Below, one piece after another: positions 38,669-50,845 of a stretch of 64,000 bases of DNA. Positions within the stretch are counted from its first letter, which is position 1. Each line of letters starts with the position of its first letter. The stretch is from Octopus vulgaris (lineage: Eukaryota), in the NCBI GenBank assembly GCA_951406725.2, contig OX597819.1, forward strand, positions 57,970,001 through 58,034,000, read 5' to 3'. The notes under the pieces were generated by a model. That model searched no databases and was not told the DNA's origin. It saw only the letters and a program-made list of their open reading frames with translations. The position numbers were made by a program, and so were the translations under genes.

Positions 38669-39766
38669 TTTTGACAGTGCCTTAATTATTTGTGGTCAGT
38701 TTTGTCAGGCAGTCTGACAAAACAGGCCAGAGGCGAAATTTAGAAGAGTCCGTAATTTCTTTTCTTTTGTATTCTACGCATAAACCGTCACAGTTAATGT
38801 TCGATTGAGTGTATGTATGATGATGCATAATATATGCGTATGGCTGGATATGTGTCTTTCTGTGTCGAATCTATCTTAGCGTTAATTTCTTCTTAACAGC
38901 TCGTCCAACTAACGCTCCAACCAGTAAACATCATGCGAACTGATAATGTTTGGGAGAACGGCAAATTTACGAATAAGTACTCGATAGAGTGTTGTAGAGT
39001 GCGACTGAAAAGTCTTTGGTCATAAGTTTGTTCAGTAGGAGCATACTTGGGGTTGAACAACAGCAATAGAAATTAAGTTTATTTGATACATTGACAAGAA
39101 AACATACATTGATAAGGGTAGAATACATTCTATATGATTTATAGTAGTATACGATGTTGTTTTAATCCCAGCAAAATCTTAAATGGCAGATCTATGTTCT
39201 ATTAATATTCGAGTGTAAGTTCCATTGAGTTTAGATCCCAGTTTCTTTCTCTTCTTACTCCATATAAATAAAACTGACTCGATTGTTGCACGTACAATTC
39301 CTACCATACCCAGCAGCAATCAGAATGAAACCAACTATATGCACCGTGTGAATTTTGTGATTTCCTGAATTCAATTTGTTTCGCTTTATTTTCCTTTCTC
39401 CTAAAGAATGATTAAATCGTTTTAAAAACGAGGAAAACCGGTAACACATTCTGATAAAAGTGCAAATATTTTCTTTTTGTCCATGTATATTCTTTTAGCA
39501 TAAATGTATACATGCATGTATACATACATACATACATACATACATACATACATACATACATACATACATACATACACACATACATGCATACATGCATGCA
39601 TGCGCATACATACATACATACATACATACATAAATACATACAAGCAAACAAACAAACAAAAATAGCCTGCTGTTGATGTTGAAATTCCAATGAAGGAGCC
39701 TTGGATCCAGGCTAGAAATCTGTTCATTCTCTATTGGCAAGAAGTCTTGAGATAAAACTGAACAAT

Positions 39767-39816
<50 letters not shown>

Positions 39817-40196
39817 AACAAATAACACAGATATATATAAATGTTAATAAATCACAGTTATAACAGAGAGGGTTATAAAAACACTTACATGCCTAGAAAT
39901 AGCTGTCAAAACCGCTATAAAGCCACTATAAACACACATAGTATATCCCCTCAACCATAAAAGCTGTTGGCGAGCGACATGACATTAATATTCAGAACTG
40001 ATATAAAATAAAAGGTTAGTCCTCTATTACAATCTCGAATTTCGGAACCAAAAGTGGATCATCAGAACATTCCTGTACACAGAAATTAACACAATAAAGC
40101 ATACCTTAGGGCTTAACATGCGTCCCGACTGGCAAGAATACTGTGTGAACATCAATCTGTAAAATTCAAATTCTGAATTCAAACGTCATGCACAGC

Positions 40197-40550
40197 GTTC
40201 AGTCATTTGACTGTGACCATGCTGGAGCACTGCCTTTAGTCGAGCAAATCGACCCGAGGACTTATTCTATCGGTTTCTTAAGCCAAACCGCTAAGTTACG
40301 GGGACATAAACACACCACCATCGGTTGTCAAGCGATGTTGGTGGGGGGTGACAAATACAGACACACAAATATACACGCACACATACACACACATATATAT
40401 ATACATATATACGACGGGCTTCTTTCAGTTTCCGTTTACCAAATCCACTCACAAGGCTTTGGTCGGCCCGAAGCTATAGTAGAAGACACTTGCCCAAGGT
40501 GCCACGCACCTTGGATTTGGTAGACGGAAGCTGAAAGAAGCTTGTCGTAT

Positions 40551-40582
<32 letters not shown>

Positions 40583-40790
40583 TTGTGTGTCTGTATTTGT
40601 CACTACCATCGCTTGACAACAGATGCTGGTATGTTTACGTCCCCTTAACTTAGCAGTTCCGTCAAAGACCGACAGAATAAGTACTAGGCTTACAAAGAAT
40701 AAGTCCTGAGGTCGATTTGTTCGACGACTAAAGGCGATGCTCCGGCATGGTCACTGTCGAATAACTAAAACAAATAAAAGAATAAAAGAA
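40197..40790. mobile_element. Two head-truncated SINE family A copies fused head-to-head (40197-40508 -, 40512-40790 +)
   Basis: Both arms carry the body and 3' tail; the tRNA heads are missing at the junction gccacgcacc|ttggatttgg. Confidence 0.85.
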
Positions 40791-41269
40791 TATATAGATA
40801 TAGATATGTGTGTATATGTGTGTGTGTGTCTATGTTCGTGTTCCCATATGTATACATTTGTGCAAGTGAGTCTATATATGTCTGTATATATGCCGCTCTA
40901 TGTTGGTATTTTTCTATTTATGCTAGTATACTTCATTATGATGCTAGTTACCGTTCTAAGGATACGTACGTCAGCGCAATAATGTACGAAGATTGTACAA
41001 GCCATTGGCTTAATATGTTGATACGGCAAAAACAATGTTTTATCTTATTTTATTTGTGTGTTTTTGTGTTGGTTTCTCTTGCTTTTTTTTTGTTTTTAAT
41101 TATAATTTTGTTTTAGTATATTGGTTTATTTGTTTTGGGTGTTCTGTTCATGTCGTTGTAGCTTATAATGACTTTGGCAAAATCAACACTGTTTAACGTT
41201 GGTGTTTCTTTTCTCTATTGATTACTTTGTTCTGCATAGATGTGAAAGGCCTCAGTGCGCCAGTATTCG

Positions 41270-41312
<43 letters not shown>

Positions 41313-41439
41313 TCTCTATATCTAGGAGGGAAGAGAGAGAGAGGAGGAGGAGAGGCAGAGCTGTTCGCTGACGGATGGATAAGAAAGTAATCACTTTCGC
41401 CTTGATTGTCCTCTTGTCTTAGCAACTCATCAATTGTTA

Positions 41440-41636
41440 CAATCCTCCTCCTCATCATCATCATCCTTGTCGTTGTCATCGTCTTCGTCGTCGTCGCCAT
41501 CACCACCATTAACATCATCGTCGTCGTCGTTGTCGTCGACGTCATCACCATTACTATCATCGTTATCATAACCATCATCTTCATCACCATCACAATCATC
41601 ATCACCGTCGTCGTCATCGTCACCATCACCACCACT

Positions 41637-41688
<52 letters not shown>

Positions 41689-41830
41689 CCATCATCATCA
41701 TCATTATCATCATCATCATTATCATCATCATGTTCATCATCACCATCATCATCATGTTCATCATCATTATCATCATCGTCTTCATCTTTATCTCATCAAA
41801 ACTGCCATCGTTGTCATCATCATGTCCATC
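41440..41830. repeat. (CAT/CGT/CAC)n degenerate trinucleotide tract
   Basis: Directly visible. Confidence 0.9.
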
Positions 41831-42549
41831 ACTGTGTGCTGTAACAATAGCAACAACATAAGTGTGTCACTAACAGGCCGAGCAACTTACATGAAATAAC
41901 AGTCAAATTTTCCTAATATCATACTATCCCATCTTATAAAAATAAAAGTGAAAGATGCATAGATTGGAAAATACACAGTCTGAAGATAAAGGATGGATGG
42001 TCACGGTTGGAATTCCTTCGATCGTAGGACGCCTCAATCAGGTTTCCTTAATCAGGGTTGAATAAGGGCTAAACAAAATCAGAAATCGTATTTGATTTGC
42101 TATATCGGCAAAATGCCAGTCATTAGTAAGCTCCCAATATTGTTTTTATTGATCTCAGTAATACAAGCCGGGGTGATTTTGCTTTTAGTCTCAAGGAAAT
42201 CTTGGCAGAGCAAAACTCTAATCGAAGTCATTCCAAACGTGACCATCCATTCTTTTTCTTTCGTGCATAGTGTATATAGAAGCACCCCCAGCAAATGTTT
42301 CTTTCCTCTTTTATTTTTAAGGCAGTAAGATAATCACTTTTCAGATGAAAGCAACCAGCCCTTCCTTCTAAACAGAAAACTATGGGGAGATGTTCTCAGT
42401 AGAGTCCAGTTACAAAGCCAAACCTTCCCTGCTTGTGACAACAGTTGTTTGCCATAAATTCACGAGTCAGAAATGCTTAAAACACAAAATGAGTACACGT
42501 AAAGAGATTTCGTCGTTCTTTGTACTGCCTGAATATATCGAATAGCTAA

Positions 42550-42750
42550 GGTGGCGAGCTGGCAGAATCGTTAGCATGCCGGGCGAAATTTCGTCTGCCG
42601 TTACGTTCTGAGTTCAAATTCCGCCGAGGTCAACTTTGCCTTTCATCTTTTCAGGGTCGATAAATTAAGTACCAGTTGCGTACTGGAGTTGATCTAATCG
42701 ACTGGCCCCTCCTTCAAACTTTCGGGCCTTGTGCAAAGAGTAGAAAAGAG
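42550..42750 (+). mobile_element. SINE family B with a perfect 16-bp TSD
   Basis: TSD tatatcgaatagctaa at 42534-42549 and 42751-42766. Confidence 0.92.
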
Positions 42751-43051
42751 TATATCGAATAGCTAATGATACTGCTGTACCTGTAGAGTTGACAGCGAAC
42801 TATTAATACCACCTACTCTACCGGTAACACGGCAAGATCAGATATTTCTGAAAAAGTTTCGACCAAATTTCGGGCCTTGTGCCTAGAGTAGTAAAGAAGA
42901 GTTCCTTAGACAGTCGGCCAGAACACATACTTCAATTAATCTTCATCAGTACCCGCCAGTTTTCCGTAAAAACGATATCGCTTTTCTCCAGCACTAATTT
43001 TCTATGAAATTCAAGTATACACTCTACTACTACTACTTGTGATGATGATGA

Positions 43052-43640
43052 TTTCAAAATTTGACGCAAGGCCAGCAATTTTGAGGGAGAGAGGAAGTCG
43101 ATAGCATCGACTCCAGTGCTTAATTGCTGCTTATTTTATCGACTCCGAAAGGATGAAAAGCAAAGAGTTGACTTCGATGGAATTTGAACTCAGAATGTAA
43201 AGACGGGCGAAATGCTGCATTTTGCACGGCGTGTTAACAATTCTGCCGGCTCACCGTCTTCTAATAACAATCCATTCTACTATAGGCACAAGGCCTGAAA
43301 TTTGTGGGGAGGAAGCTCGTCGATTACAACGACCCCCAGTGCTCAACTGGTACTTATTTTATCGACCCAGAAAGGATGAAAGACACAATCAGACTCGGAG
43401 AACATAAAGAGCCGGAAGAAATACCGATGAGCATTTTGTCCGACGTGCTAACGATTCTGCCAGCTCAGTGCCTTTGTAATAATAATAATTTCTTTATGAC
43501 CCTGAAAGTTGGGGTAAGTCGACCCCGTAGGTTAAAAAGCAACTTCGACCACGGCGGAATTTGAACTAAGATCGTAAAGAAACGGAAGAAATGCCGCTAA
43601 ATATATTGTTCGATGCGCTAACGATTCTGGCAGCGCGTCG
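43052..43640 (-). mobile_element. Three consecutive diverged SINE family B copies (about 43052-43258, 43262-43474, 43480-43640)
   Basis: Each ends on the plus strand with a variant of gctaacgattctgccagctc, the reverse complement of the head. Confidence 0.8.
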
Positions 43641-44559
43641 AACAATGTCTTTAAGAATAACAATAATAATTATAAATATAACAGTAATAACATTGTTATT
43701 TGCCTCAGAGTCAGCGAGCTAAGAAAACATCACTGAACTACATTGTCGAAGACGGTTGAGGTTGTATTGAAAACATAGTGATGATGCTGACAATGATGAC
43801 AGCGATAATCATTATCATGTTCATGATGGTGGTCGTTGTAGTGATGTTAGTGATGATGTTGATGAGAAGGAGGGGGAGAGACAAAAACAGCGAGATGGTG
43901 ATAGTAGTTTTGGATGGTGGTGGCAAATTTGGTAGTTTTGGGTGCTGGTAGCGATTTGTGTAGTTTTGAGGTCGGGTGGGGGGCGATGGTAAATCTAACA
44001 TTTTCCTGATGAATGAAGTGGCAAAATGCGATGTTGTGATTTTTAAGACTTCTGCAACCTACGTGATTGAAGCAGACACCGTATCAGCGAGATTTCAAAG
44101 CCAAATACGCTGTTGCCGGAATCATTTCAGTAATAAATCATTTTCCTATCTACAATTTCATTCGCCTTTGCCACTGTAACAGCTACTATACATTGATTTT
44201 CCGCGGATATGCAAGTGGCGTTATATTCTTTATTTCATTATGTTTTTCTCACTCTTGTTTTTTTTTTTTTTCTCTTAGTGTATATTAATTGTTTAGGAGC
44301 TGTTTTTATTATTGTAGGTCGTCGTCTTTTTATTGAACAAAGCCAATGTTTCCTTTATTAAACAAGGCTAACTTAAAAACAGCACCTCGCAAAGTATTGT
44401 CTGTACATATTTAGCCAGTCACTCGGGTAAGGCTACGTATTTTACCAGTCATTCATATACCAAAGTCAAAGTTGACACGGTTGCATTTGAACATAGAATA
44501 CAAAGCAGCGAGATTGATTAAAGCCGTGAAGCGTTTGAACAGAATATATACCCACTCTA

Positions 44560-45310
44560 GGACGGTGAGCTGGCAGAGTCGTTAGCACGCCGGGCGAAAT
44601 GTTTAACGGTATTTCGTCTGCCGTTACGTTCTGAGTTCAAATTCCGCCGAGGTCGACTTTGCCTTTAATCCGTTCGGGGTCGATTAAGTAAGAACCAGCT
44701 ACGCACCGGGGTCGATATAATCGACTTAATCCGTTTGTCAGTCCTTGTTTGTCCTCTCTGTGTTTAGCCCCTTGTGGGTAATAAAGAAATAGGTATTTCG
44801 TCTGCCGTTACGTTCTGAGTTCAAATTCGCCGAGGTCGACTTTGCCTTTCATTCTTGCGGGGTCGATTAAATAAATACCAGTTACACACTGGGGCCGATA
44901 TAATCGACTTAATCCGTTTGTCAGTCCTTGTTTGTCCTCTCTGTGTTTAGCCCCTTGTGGGTAGTAAAGAAATAGGTATTTCGTCTGCCGCTACGTTCTT
45001 AGTTCAAATTCCCCTTTCATCCTTTCGAGGTTGATTAAATAAGTACCAGTTGCGCACTAGGGCCGATATAATCGACTTAATCCGTTTGTCTGTTCTTGTT
45101 TGTCCTCTCTGTGTTTAGCACCTTGTTGGTAGTAAAGAAATAAGTATTTCGTCTGTGTTTGCGTTCTGAGTTCAAATTCCACCGAGGTCGTCTTTTTGCC
45201 TTTCATCATTTTGGGGTCGAGAAATTAAGTACCAGTTGTTTACTAGAGTCGATCTAATCGACTGGCCCCTCCCCCCAAAATTTCGGGCCTTGGGCCTAGA
45301 GTAGAAAAGA
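44560..45310 (+). mobile_element. SINE family B with a tandemly repeated body (one head, 3 units with an alternative tail, 1 unit with the normal tail)
   Basis: Units start with (g/a)gtatttcgtctg at 44608, 44792, 44975 and 45143. Confidence 0.9.
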
Positions 45311-45770
45311 ATTTATACACCCCTCAATTTTTATCATTATAAATTATTATATTGCTACGTAAATGTTATTGAGTGTAGAATATGATGTACCTAGTAGAAG
45401 TATTTTCTGTATAATACAAACAATGATTTTTTTTCTTTTAAATTTACGGTTCAAGACATGTTCTCTAGCTCTAGCTCCGTTTTTCTATTTTCACTTCTTT
45501 CGGGATAACGCTGTAAAAAAAACAGGACTATTTGAGATAAAAACAAAAAATATCTTACAATGTTTTTAAATGATGTGAAAACTTTTGTAGGTGTCGTATG
45601 GAACGGAGGAGGAGTATCTAGTCTTGGATGGTTCGTAAACTCAATACTGACATCGTTTGGACAATATTGGTGGAATATTTTCCACATTGTACAAATAATA
45701 TAGCGCTCCGGCGTTGGGGAGAACAGAATTTTGTAGGCGAACCTAGTAAGCATGATCTGTCTTGCCATTT

Positions 45771-45801
<31 letters not shown>

Positions 45802-45986
45802 CTGTGTGTCTGTGTGTGCACGTGCGTGCGTGTGAGTGATTGATATCTCCAGTGTTTCAATCCTCATTGTATCTTATTTTGTGTAAAGGGACTAAAATAG
45901 GCAACAATATTTCAGCTGAGACGTAGCAAGTGAAGGACGATTTTTTCCCTGTTGGGTAATAAGCACAATCTGGGAGCCATATTAGG

Positions 45987-46045
<59 letters not shown>

Positions 46046-46447
46046 AAGTAATTTTACGAAGCCGGTATACTTTTGAATCTCTTTAACAATTCACAACAAT
46101 GACTATTATTACAGTTATTTCTACCTCGTTTCATCTAATTGTATATATCTATCGTTACTTTTCCTAAGAAGCTTTTACATTTTTTGATTTCCAATGTGCA
46201 TTTTCTCTTGTTTTTCTTCTTACTTTCCCCTTACATTTCCACGTGTAGTTTCTATTTTCTTTCTGTAACATATTTCTATTATATATATATGTATATATAT
46301 GTATATATATATGTATATATATATACATATATATACATATATATATATATATGTGTATGTATGTATGTATGTATGTATGTATGTATGTATACACACACAT
46401 ATATACTTCGGTGAAGGATATATGTATGTGTATATTTATATATATAT

Positions 46448-46662
46448 ACTCTTACTTTTTACTCTTTTACTTGTTTCAGTTATCTGACTGTGGTCATGCT
46501 TAAGCACCGCCTTTAGTCGACCAAGTCAACCCCAGGACTTATTCTTTGCAAGCCAAGTACTTATTTTATGGGTCTCTCTTGCTGAACCTCTAAGTTACGG
46601 TGATGTAAACACACCAGCATCAGATGTCGAGCGATGTTGCGGGGACAAACACGGACACACAA

Positions 46663-46725
<63 letters not shown>

Positions 46726-46895
46726 CATATATACGCCGGACTTCTTTCAGTTTCCGTCTACCAAATCCACTGAGAAGACTTTAGTCGGCCGGAGGCTATA
46801 GCAGAAGACACTTGCCCAAAGTGCCACGCAGTAGGACTGAACCCGGAACCATGTGGTTGGTAAGCAAGCTACTTACCACACAGCCATTCCTGCGC

Positions 46896-46896
<1 letters not shown>
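46448..46896 (-). mobile_element. SINE family A, full length
   Basis: Same architecture as 36133-36607. Confidence 0.9.
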
Positions 46897-46978
<82 letters not shown>

Positions 46979-47059
46979 TATATATATTTTTATATATATA
47001 TATATATATATAAAGAGCAAAGGAGCTAATTCTAAAGTCTCTAAACAAGATATAAGTTT

Positions 47060-47134
47060 ACATTCGACAAATATCCGTCTAATGTAAATAATGTAAATAA
47101 TGTACATAATTCCTCATCTTCAATATAGAACTGT
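47060..47134 (+). mobile_element. PLE-like family 1 extreme 3' fragment with a 13-bp TSD
   Basis: gacaaatatccgtctaatgtaaataatgtaaataatgtacataattcctcatctt.aatatagaactg; TSD aagatataagttt at 47047-47059 / 47135-47147. Confidence 0.8.
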
Positions 47135-47160
47135 AAGATATAAGTTTTAACAATATTAGG

Positions 47161-47290
47161 CGGTAACCTTTTTCTTTCGCCACTATAACATGGCCGTTCT
47201 ATAAAGATCTATGTTACTACATTTTAATCCCCCCAAAAACATCTTTTCCAGCTGGTTAATGACACACGCCCTATATCTGATATTTTGTGA

Positions 47291-47345
<55 letters not shown>

Positions 47346-47504
47346 GAGTAATAAATATATATATATTGTGAGTAATAAATATATATATATAGGACAAATG
47401 TTGTGTATCGTTAACCAGCTGGAAAGACGTTCTCCTGGGGTTAAAATGCAGTAACATAGTTCTTTATGAAACAGCCATGTCATAGTGGCAAAAAAATGTC
47501 ACTG
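47161..47504. repeat. Diverged inverted repeat of about 105 bp around a (TA)n core (MITE-like or old fold-back)
   Basis: 47161-47267 versus the reverse complement of 47402-47504 (gccacta..acatggc.gtt..ataaaga.ctatgttact.cattttaa...tccagctggttaa). Confidence 0.8.
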
Positions 47505-50500
47505 TTTTATCTTATACTCTAAACGATTTATGTTTGTACGTTTGACGGACCTCAACAAAGGTTTCGTGTAACATGCTACTCACTAGAAATAGATCAAATC
47601 TCACATATTCTAAAGAGAACGTTATCTAAGTATTTAACAGTAGGATGGACGCCGATTCCGAAGCAAACTTGTTAAAACTACTAGCTGAAAGATTTTATAT
47701 TAATTAATTACATTTTAAATTTAGAATTATTAACGTTGTAAAAAAAAACTAATGGATATTTCTATTGTTTGGTTGATATAATTATCTTTTTTTAAATTTA
47801 TTTATATCCATTTACATGTAGAATCTATAATTTCAAACTGAGAAACATTGTTCCATAAGCATGGTAAAGGTGGAAGATCAGAACCTCTGACTTTCACGGA
47901 CCTTCCAGTCTGGCAAAATTTGTGTATTTATATCAATGCGAGAACCGCCGCTCTCTCTTACACACGATGATAAGTTAATTAATAAATTTTATAATGTTTT
48001 GGTGAGTAAATATTTACCAATCAGCTGAATGACCTTGGTTTGGGCTCTTTCATAAGCCAAAACAATGCGACTACATAGCATCCATGACGTTTTCATCAAC
48101 ATTAGTCATTAAGTGATGCGAATGAACTACAATCCTGAAGCAAATCTCAACCGTTGGCTCATCTAACAAAATAGCTATATTTTCTTGTTTTGTAAAATGT
48201 CTTTAGTATATGTTCATGTCTAGACTAACTTTGTTACGTGACTTCCTGATCTATTTTGAATACCGCCTTCTTCAGTTACTATTACGTTTCTTTTATAAAG
48301 GTGGTGCATTTATATCGGTTATAATATTTTCATTTTAATTGCTTTTGCTTCTTCCATTATATTTCTAATATTTTATGTTTAATGTCTCTCCATTTTATAG
48401 CTTATCATAAATTGGAATAAATTTTATTTCAAGTTTTAGTTTTCTAATACTGTCTTTCTGTAGTAGTTTCATAAAACTACATGTCGTTGTATGACGAGAA
48501 ACGTGGTCTAGGTGGTCTAGAATCAATTTTTCTCTTTTTATATAATTTTCGATTGCCACAAAGAGAGAAGCTCTCAGTGAATCCAACTTGCAACGAAGTT
48601 TCAAACCCACTCGAAGCCATTTAACTCTATTTATGTATCTAATAATTTTGGAAAGAAGATATTTATACAAGAGTGGGATGATGCTTCATCCATATTTTTA
48701 AATCTCTTTCTACAGGTATTTTATGATACTTTTAGGAGGCAGTATGTTTGTGTATTTTAGAGAAAAAGTAAATGTTAGCATTTTTAATTTCCCTAAAATA
48801 TAAAATCCTACAGCCTTAATATATCAACTACTGTGTCATCAACCCATTTATCTTTATCTGCAAATATTTTCTTTCACGATGATGAATACCCAAAGCTAAA
48901 AAGTCTAAATTACCGAGCTCAGTTTTCACACTTGAATATAGCCAACTCTCACAAACCCTTCTTGATGCCGTTACACTGAATGAAATAATCACATAGGTTA
49001 ACTTTACTAAATGTTTTATAAGCGGAACCTGGTATTGCAAGTTTACATCCAGTTATTATCAGCTTCCAGGTCTTCGAATAAGAGATGCATTGACATTAGT
49101 ATTTTATAAGATAACCACAGCACATAATCATTATTTCTTTTTACTTTTTGGTTCTTATATCACATTTTTTAAGCTACGGATGGCCGAATCAATAAGGTAT
49201 CGAAATGCTGATCGCAGATAAAATAATGGACAGTTTGCACCACATTGGGGTTAATGAACTTTCTGTTTATGGTTCGAGCATTCAGATGTCAAATAGCCCG
49301 AGTACCAGATGTAAACAAGACTACAGAGTCGGAACAATTCTTGTGTAAACTACGATGAAACTGTAAAATAAACAAGTATTTTGTAAGTAAGCAGTAGGCA
49401 TCATTTGGTATTTATATGGCAGAATGGGTTAAGGAATTCGGTTGCATCACACATACTCTTATATGGCCTAGATCAATGGGAGGGCTGGAATTTAAAAGCA
49501 AAATGTAGTACATAACCGAGACTATTTAATAATCTCGGCTAAGTGTGCCTCGCTATAGGGATTTTGTTTTGATGGTAAGGTGAATTTTCCCAGTAGGTGT
49601 GTGATTAGTTGCAGCAAACACAATTCTGTATCATTTAAGGGAAACGAACCAAAATCTTTTTGCTTGGCTATCTGTTTCTCTAACCACACAACTACGGTGC
49701 AGTGATTTTCCTCCTCTGAAAAGCAACATTAGTTAAGTTAATTTTTATTCTTTTTCTTATTTATTTTCTCATTGTTATTCCAGGGAGATGTATAGCTGAT
49801 ATTTTCTGAGAAGTTCATTGCCTGAGCCGCTACTATTGGGCATATTTCGAATAAACCATAGAATGATGCATGAATATTAGCTTGGGGTTTGCTCTAGTGT
49901 AAACACATTCCTTAAAAAGTAATGGTAAACAAAGAAATGGAGAAAGCAGTTTCCTCACCATTGAACGAGAGAAGTTAACCGATTTAATATCTGTATACAC
50001 AATGTGGTTAGACTCTGTGTCAACTTTATAGCTCTGTTTTGTTACATATATGTCGAAGGGTAATCGTTTTAACTTGATCGTGACTTTTAGAATGCGAAAG
50101 AGACAAAAAGAAAGATAGACAGACAAATAGAGAAAATCGGAGATTAGGGAAGTAAGAGACAGCAACAAGCATAGAAAGACAGAAACCCACAGAAAAGGAG
50201 AGAGAAAAAGAGACAGACATAAAGAGAGAGAGAGAGAACAAGAGAGAAGAGAAGATGAAATAGATGGTGAAAGAGAAATGGAAAAAGTAGAAACTGAAAG
50301 AAATGGCTGCAGAGAGAGAAACGCTGAAGAAGTGATGAGGGGAAAACGAGAAAATTGTTGCATGATAGAGAGGATGAAATGAAGAAATAGAAAGAGACAC
50401 AGGCATGAAATAAAGAGAATGAAAAAGAGAGAGAAATGAAATAAAGACATATGAAAGAAACAGAGTGACAGAAAGAGAAGTGGCATTCAAATTATCATTA

Positions 50501-50605
50501 TTAATGGCGGATAGGTTTTATTCAAAGACAAGTTCAAGTAAACAAATCACTAAAGATGGTAAATATCCTTACAACTATATATATATATATATATATGTAT
50601 ATGCA

Positions 50606-50679
<74 letters not shown>

Positions 50680-50689
50680 TGTATGTATG

Positions 50690-50746
<57 letters not shown>

Positions 50747-50809
50747 CTGTATATATGTGACGTTTTACGTATATACGTGTATACATACATTGTAATGTAT
50801 TGTACATGT

Positions 50810-50845
<36 letters not shown>

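Noticed and set aside
38880-39065. Possible exon after tttcttcttaacag
   Set aside because: No convincing donor or homology, and the 3' part matches the old SINE-like tail.
44608-45310. CRISPR-like array
   Set aside because: Units are about 180-bp near-identical SINE bodies with no unique spacers; eukaryotic context and no cas genes.
49783-49930. Strong polypyrimidine tract and acceptor
   Set aside because: Stops follow quickly in all three frames, and a non-coding exon cannot be supported from sequence alone.
49833-50490. 217-aa and 154-aa hydrophobic ORFs
   Set aside because: They derive from a purine/pyrimidine-skewed (AG-rich) low-complexity tract.
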